Source of the DNA: Naegleria gruberi
Taxonomy: Eukaryota
Assembly (NCBI GenBank): GCA_000004985.1
Contig: GG739257.1
Direction: 5' to 3' (one strand)
DNA length: 2,508 nucleotides
The notes under the pieces are model-generated. The model saw only the letters and a program-made list of their open reading frames with translations. It did no database searches and was not told the DNA's origin. This document shows, in pieces, positions 1 to 2,508 of the stretch (position 1 is its first letter; every line of letters starts with the position of its first letter). Position numbers and translations under genes: made by a program.

Positions 1-1089
1 TATGCTCATGATTTAAATTACGACCAAGTTTTTGGAGCTTGTTGTGAAAGCGTTGTCGGATATGTTCCATTGCCAGTCGGTATTGTTGGTCCAATTATTA
101 TTGATGGAAAGCCATATCATATTCCAATGGCTACTGTTGAAGGATGTTTGGTTGCCAGTACTCACAGAGGTTGCAAGGCCCTTTCCAGTTCTTTTGAAGG
201 AGGTGTAAACAGCGTCATTTTGAGCGACGGAATGACTAGAGGTCCAGTTGTTCAATTTGCCAACACAAAGAGATGTAACGAGCTTAAACAATTCATTGAT
301 AATCCAGAAAATTTCAAGGAATTATGTAGAGTTTTTAACAGTGATTCTCGTTTTGCTAGATTGTTGGAAGTTAAAGTTGGTATTGCTGGTAGAAAGGCAT
401 TCTTGAGATTCAAGTGCCGAACTGGTGATGCTATGGGAATGAACATGATTTCAAAAGCAACACAAAAGGCTCTTAAATTCTTGAAGAATGAACACTTCCA
501 AGATATGGACATTTTAAGTTTGAGTGGTAACTATTGTACAGATAAGAAGCCATCAGCAATGAATTGGATTGAAGGTAGAGGTAAATCCGTTGTTGTTGAT
601 GCTACCATTCCAAAGGATGTTGTGAAGAATGTTCTTAAGACTACAGTTGATGAAATTGTCAGTCTCAATATATCTAAGAATTTAATTGGTAGTGCTATGG
701 CTGGTTCTGTTGGTGGTTTCAACGCTCATGCTGCCAATATCGTGACAGCAATCTTTTTGGCTACTGGTCAAGATGCTGCCCAAAATGTGGAAAGCTCGAA
801 TTGTATGACTATTATGGAAAAGACTGATAATGGTGATTTATATGTCTCTGTGACAATGCCATCTATTGAAGTAGGTACAGTTGGTGGTGGTACTCACTTG
901 GATGCTCAAAAGACTTGTTTGAAGATTATTGGTGTTGCTGGTGCAAACCAAGAAAATCCAGGTCAAAATGCTCAAACCCTTGCCAAATGTGTTGCTAGTA
1001 CTGTAATGGCTGGAGAACTTTCTCTCATGGCTGCTCTTGCTGCTGATCACTTGGTGTCTGCTCATATTGCTCACAACAGAAAGAAGTAA
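1..1089 (+). CDS. HMG1: 3-hydroxy-3-methylglutaryl-CoA reductase (class I, eukaryotic), C-terminal catalytic domain. Partial at the 5' end: the ORF runs off the window start.
   Basis: The frame-1 translation is continuous from base 1 ([31 protein letters not shown]...) to the TAA at 1087-1089. The ORF track starts at TTG 70 only because it calls alternative starts; there is no stop between 1 and 69. The translation contains the conserved HMGR motifs: [12 protein letters not shown] (catalytic Glu), [18 protein letters not shown] (NAD(P)H binding), [24 protein letters not shown] (catalytic Lys), [36 protein letters not shown] (catalytic Asp), [13 protein letters not shown] and [17 protein letters not shown] (catalytic His). 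It is collinear with yeast Hmg1p/Hmg2p and human HMGCR catalytic domains as I recall them. There are no in-frame stops or frameshifts, and codon usage is uniform. Confidence 0.95.
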   Translation, partial: YAHDLNYDQVFGACCESVVGYVPLPVGIVGPIIIDGKPYHIPMATVEGCLVASTHRGCKALSSSFEGGVNSVILSDGMTRGPVVQFANTKRCNELKQFIDNPENFKELCRVFNSDSRFARLLEVKVGIAGRKAFLRFKCRTGDAMGMNMISKATQKALKFLKNEHFQDMDILSLSGNYCTDKKPSAMNWIEGRGKSVVVDATIPKDVVKNVLKTTVDEIVSLNISKNLIGSAMAGSVGGFNAHAANIVTAIFLATGQDAAQNVESSNCMTIMEKTDNGDLYVSVTMPSIEVGTVGGGTHLDAQKTCLKIIGVAGANQENPGQNAQTLAKCVASTVMAGELSLMAALAADHLVSAHIAHNRKK

Positions 1090-1113
1090 TCAATTCCAAA
1101 ATTTTGTAACAAC

Positions 1114-1119
1114 AATAAA
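1114..1119 (+). terminator. AATAAA-type positioning element, a candidate 3'-end formation / polyadenylation signal for the HMGR transcript
   Basis: The hexamer AATAAA lies 25 bp downstream of the TAA stop inside a very AT-rich stretch (ttttgtaacaacaataaatcctaattattaattaaaata). Yeast 3'-end signals are degenerate AT-rich elements, so this is only a plausible assignment. Confidence 0.3.
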
Positions 1120-1196
1120 TCCTAATTATTAATTAAAATACGAGTAAACATGTTGTATCCATTAGAAGATAAAGTATTAATGTGAAGATAGAAAAT

Positions 1197-1273
1197 CCAG
1201 CAGAGAGTATGTTTAATTTGGCTTTTTGTTGATTTTTATTCACCAATATCCAAAAAATAACCTATTCCCAAAT
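1197..1273 (+). repeat. Degenerate TIR-like fragment (possible relic of a related insertion)
   Basis: ccagcagagagtatgtttaat (1197-1217) resembles ccagaatgagagtatattaat at the element's left end. aatatccaaaaaataacctattcccaaa (1245-1273) resembles aatatccaaaatccatcccaaa from the TIR. The two parts are separated by ~27 bp of unrelated sequence (ttggctttttgttgatttttattcacc). The similarity is partial and was judged by eye. Confidence 0.25.
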
Positions 1274-1598
1274 ACAATAACCCTCATTCTCTAAATGATT
1301 TTCGCCCAATAGTGATTCTTCATCTCTTAATATTTTAGAATGTGATTTTTTAACCAATTCTCAATAGTATTAGTAAAGATAAGAAAAAAATTAGTGTTTC
1401 AATAGTAAACACACAAAATAAAGTTCAAATAATATTTAGACAATTGGGTATTAAAGCTCAGGGGCTGAACCACCTTAATGGTGAAACAGCCTGGAACCTG
1501 CTTTGAAGGATGTAAATCTTTATTACCAGACATTTCGAATAATTTTTTGAGCATGGAAAATTTTTAACAACTCGGAATTGAGGTTGCTTATTAAGCAT

Positions 1599-1606
1599 AC
1601 CAGAAT
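1599..1606. repeat. Left copy of the putative target-site duplication (ACCAGAAT, 8 bp; the core CCAGAA 1600-1605 is unambiguous)
   Basis: The 8-mer accagaat directly abuts the outer end of the left TIR. The identical 8-mer directly abuts the outer end of the right TIR at 2021-2028. The boundary bases (a at 1599/2021 and t at 1606/2028) could belong to either the TIR or the TSD, so the TSD is 6-8 bp. Confidence 0.55.
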
Positions 1607-1641
1607 GAGAGTATATTAATATCCAAAATCCATCCCAAACC
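1606..1641 (+). repeat. Left terminal inverted repeat of the MITE-like element
   Basis: A 36-bp block whose reverse complement is found at 1986-2021 with 2 mismatches (positions 22 and 26 of the repeat). It begins TGAGAG (or GAGAG if the first T is assigned to the TSD). Confidence 0.65.
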
Positions 1642-1671
1642 AGTTTTTGGATATAGGTGAATAAAAAATCG

Positions 1672-1702
1672 GCAAAAAGCCAAATTGAACCAAAAAGCCA
1701 AA
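1672..1702 (+). repeat. Left subterminal repeats of the element: two tandem-ish copies of (G/C)CAAAAAGCCAAA
   Basis: gcaaaaagccaaa lies at about 1672-1684 and ccaaaaagccaaa at about 1690-1702, some 65-95 bp inside the left terminus. The same 12-mer recurs near the right end at 1919-1930. Confidence 0.45.
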
Positions 1703-1916
1703 ATCTAAATCCAAAAATAAGTCAAGAAATTTCCACTAAAAAATGAATTATTTCAAAAATAAAATATTCCAAATTTATATCGAAAAATTGTTGATTTATT
1801 GCAATTAGTATTGATAATAATCTAATAAATATTCGTAGAGTGATTTGCCTGCATTCCTTGTTGACAATTGCTCAAACACGACACATTTTCAAATAATATT
1901 ATCCAATCCGAGATTT

Positions 1917-1931
1917 ATCCAAAAAGCCAAG
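1917..1931 (+). repeat. Right subterminal copy of the CCAAAAAGCCAA(G) repeat. A related aaaaagccatatccaaaaaaagc lies at 1962-1984.
   Basis: atccaaaaagccaag lies about 90 bp inside the right terminus, in the same orientation as the left subterminal copies. Confidence 0.4.
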
Positions 1932-1985
1932 CCCGTAAAAATTCAGCCAGATTGCCCTTTTTAAAAAGCCATATCCAAAAAAAGC

Positions 1986-2021
1986 GGTTTGGGATAGATA
2001 TTGGATATTAATATACTCTCA
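1986..2021 (-). repeat. Right terminal inverted repeat of the MITE-like element
   Basis: Forward sequence: ggtttgggatagatattggatattaatatactctca. Its reverse complement equals the left TIR at 34 of 36 positions. Confidence 0.65.
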
Positions 2022-2028
2022 CCAGAAT
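2021..2028. repeat. Right copy of the putative target-site duplication (ACCAGAAT)
   Basis: See the left copy. This is a perfect direct repeat in the same orientation on both flanks, as expected for a TSD rather than a continuation of the inverted repeat. Confidence 0.55.
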
Positions 2029-2396
2029 ATTTTCACTTTATTTTGTAATTTACAATCAGAAACAAGTCCATTCCTCATATTCAATCGGAATTCAACAGAG
2101 ATTCGAATAAGATATTATTATCAAAGGTTATAATTTTTGTAGGACTATAGTATGACAATTTGAGCAACAGGTTGCAAAGTTGATTCATTAAACAATATCT
2201 CAATCCTTGAGCTTTTAATGTGTTTGTTTTAATTAATATATATTTTATTATTTTGTGAATTTAAAAACATGTTGTTTTCCAAAACCACTATTTTATCTCA
2301 GTAAACCTCGATAGGAACATAAATTGTTGAAAAATGATTATAATGATACAACCTTTTTTTGATTACTCATATTACACTTTTTCAAATTCAAATTCA

Positions 2397-2461
2397 GTCT
2401 GTAAAATTATTAGACAACTCTGTAAAATAATTTCATTTCAATTACAGACCACTGTTATAAA
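2397..2461 (+). promoter_or_regulatory. Candidate promoter module: three spaced copies of (G)TCTGTAA (two direct, one inverted) followed by a TATAAA box. It may serve a gene lying beyond the window's 3' end.
   Basis: gtctgtaaaat is at 2397-2407 and tctgtaaaat at 2419-2428, 21 bp apart. The inverted copy ttacagacc (RC ggtctgtaa) is at 2442-2450. TATAAA is at 2456-2461, about 50 bp before the window end. In ~25% GC sequence a TATA-like hexamer alone is weak evidence; the triple motif is the notable part. Confidence 0.3.
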
Positions 2462-2508
2462 GGGTCTACTGGATTAACAATAATTGAAACCTTCTTTAAT
2501 AGCTGATC

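Larger units (their letters stand above)
1606..2021. mobile_element. MITE-like non-autonomous DNA (TIR) transposon of ~416 bp with no coding capacity. The 8-bp target-site duplication favours a hAT-like element, but a Mutator-like one is not excluded.
   Basis: The left end at 1606-1641 is tgagagtatattaatatccaaaatccatcccaaacc. The reverse complement of 1986-2021 is tgagagtatattaatatccaatatctatcccaaacc. These match at 34 of 36 positions. Similarity continues inward with indels (tttttggatat on the left, tttttttggatat on the right) to about 50 bp. The element is immediately flanked by the direct repeat accagaat (1599-1606 and 2021-2028). The interior (1642-1985) is ~20% GC, has no ORF and is full of CCAAAA-type repeats. 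Confidence 0.6.

Noticed and set aside
13-1074. Four minus-strand ORFs (13-291, 252-512, 531-722, 838-1074) overlapping the HMGR coding region
   Set aside because: They lie antisense to a strongly supported, motif-rich CDS and their translations are low-complexity with no recognisable domains. They are the usual spurious antisense ORFs of a codon-biased gene.
1361-1407. 9-bp direct repeat tcaatagta at 1361-1369 and 1399-1407 (with tagtaaag/tagtaaac nearby)
   Set aside because: These are short words in ~20% GC low-complexity DNA with no inverted partner and no TSD, so they are most likely a chance match or a microduplication. They are not enough to call a feature.
1447-1510. tRNA gene in the GC-richer block (tRNA genes often mark transposon-integration hotspots in yeasts)
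   Set aside because: Neither strand yields a 7-bp acceptor stem, a D-arm, or a GGTTCRANYCC-type T-arm with a complementary T-stem. ggtggttcagcccc on the minus strand lacks a pairing partner.
1151-2098. Possible LTR: TGTTG at 1151-1155 (tgttgtatcc, reminiscent of yeast Ty LTR termini) with CAACA at 2094-2098
   Set aside because: The flanking 5-mers (taaaca|...|gagat) are not a target-site duplication. The span of ~950 bp is long for a yeast solo LTR and would contain the separate TIR element. A 5-bp terminal match is expected by chance in this composition. A short resemblance at 2147-2157 (agtatgacaat) to an LTR word I half-remember is too weak and too memory-dependent to use.
1090-2508. Autonomously replicating sequence (ARS) consensus WTTTAYRTTTW
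   Set aside because: I scanned the AT-rich tracts on both strands by eye (for example 1230-1240, 1755-1790 and 2225-2255) and found near-misses only, with no exact 11/11 ACS match. Non-Saccharomyces yeasts also use different origin determinants, so no call can be made.
1-2508. A novel multi-gene 'biological system' (defence island, toxin-antitoxin, biosynthetic cluster, CRISPR array)
   Set aside because: The window holds a single eukaryotic housekeeping gene (HMGR) followed by ~1.4 kb of ORF-free AT-rich intergenic DNA. There are no spacer/repeat arrays and no additional coding regions on either strand. The only unexplained structures are the small TIR element and the short motif clusters reported above.

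Overview
This window is eukaryotic (yeast-type) genomic DNA, not a prokaryotic accessory region. Bases 1-1089 (+) encode the 3' portion of a class I HMG-CoA reductase catalytic domain. The frame is open to the window's 5' edge, so the gene is truncated upstream. Its hallmark motifs (DAMGMN, GTVGGGT, TDKKP, HLVSAH-HNR) are intact, and it ends at a TAA at 1087-1089. Codon usage is AT-biased (TTG/TTA Leu, AGA Arg) and no in-frame CTG codon occurs. That is consistent with, but does not prove, a Candida/Debaryomycetaceae-type (CTG-clade) yeast. The remaining ~1.4 kb is very AT-rich non-coding DNA with no ORF of note. The most interesting structure there is a ~416-bp MITE-like non-autonomous DNA transposon (about 1606-2021). 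Its terminal inverted repeats match at 34 of 36 positions and extend to ~50 bp with small indels. It is flanked by a perfect 8-bp direct repeat (ACCAGAAT) that behaves like a target-site duplication, and it carries subterminal CCAAAAAGCCAA repeats. A degenerate TIR-like fragment lies ~400 bp upstream of it. The last ~110 bp contain three spaced copies of a TCTGTAA motif (two direct, one inverted) just upstream of a TATAAA, which may be a promoter for a gene beyond the window. I find no evidence of a novel multi-gene 'system', defence-related or otherwise. The supportable novelty is the small transposon and the putative regulatory motif cluster.
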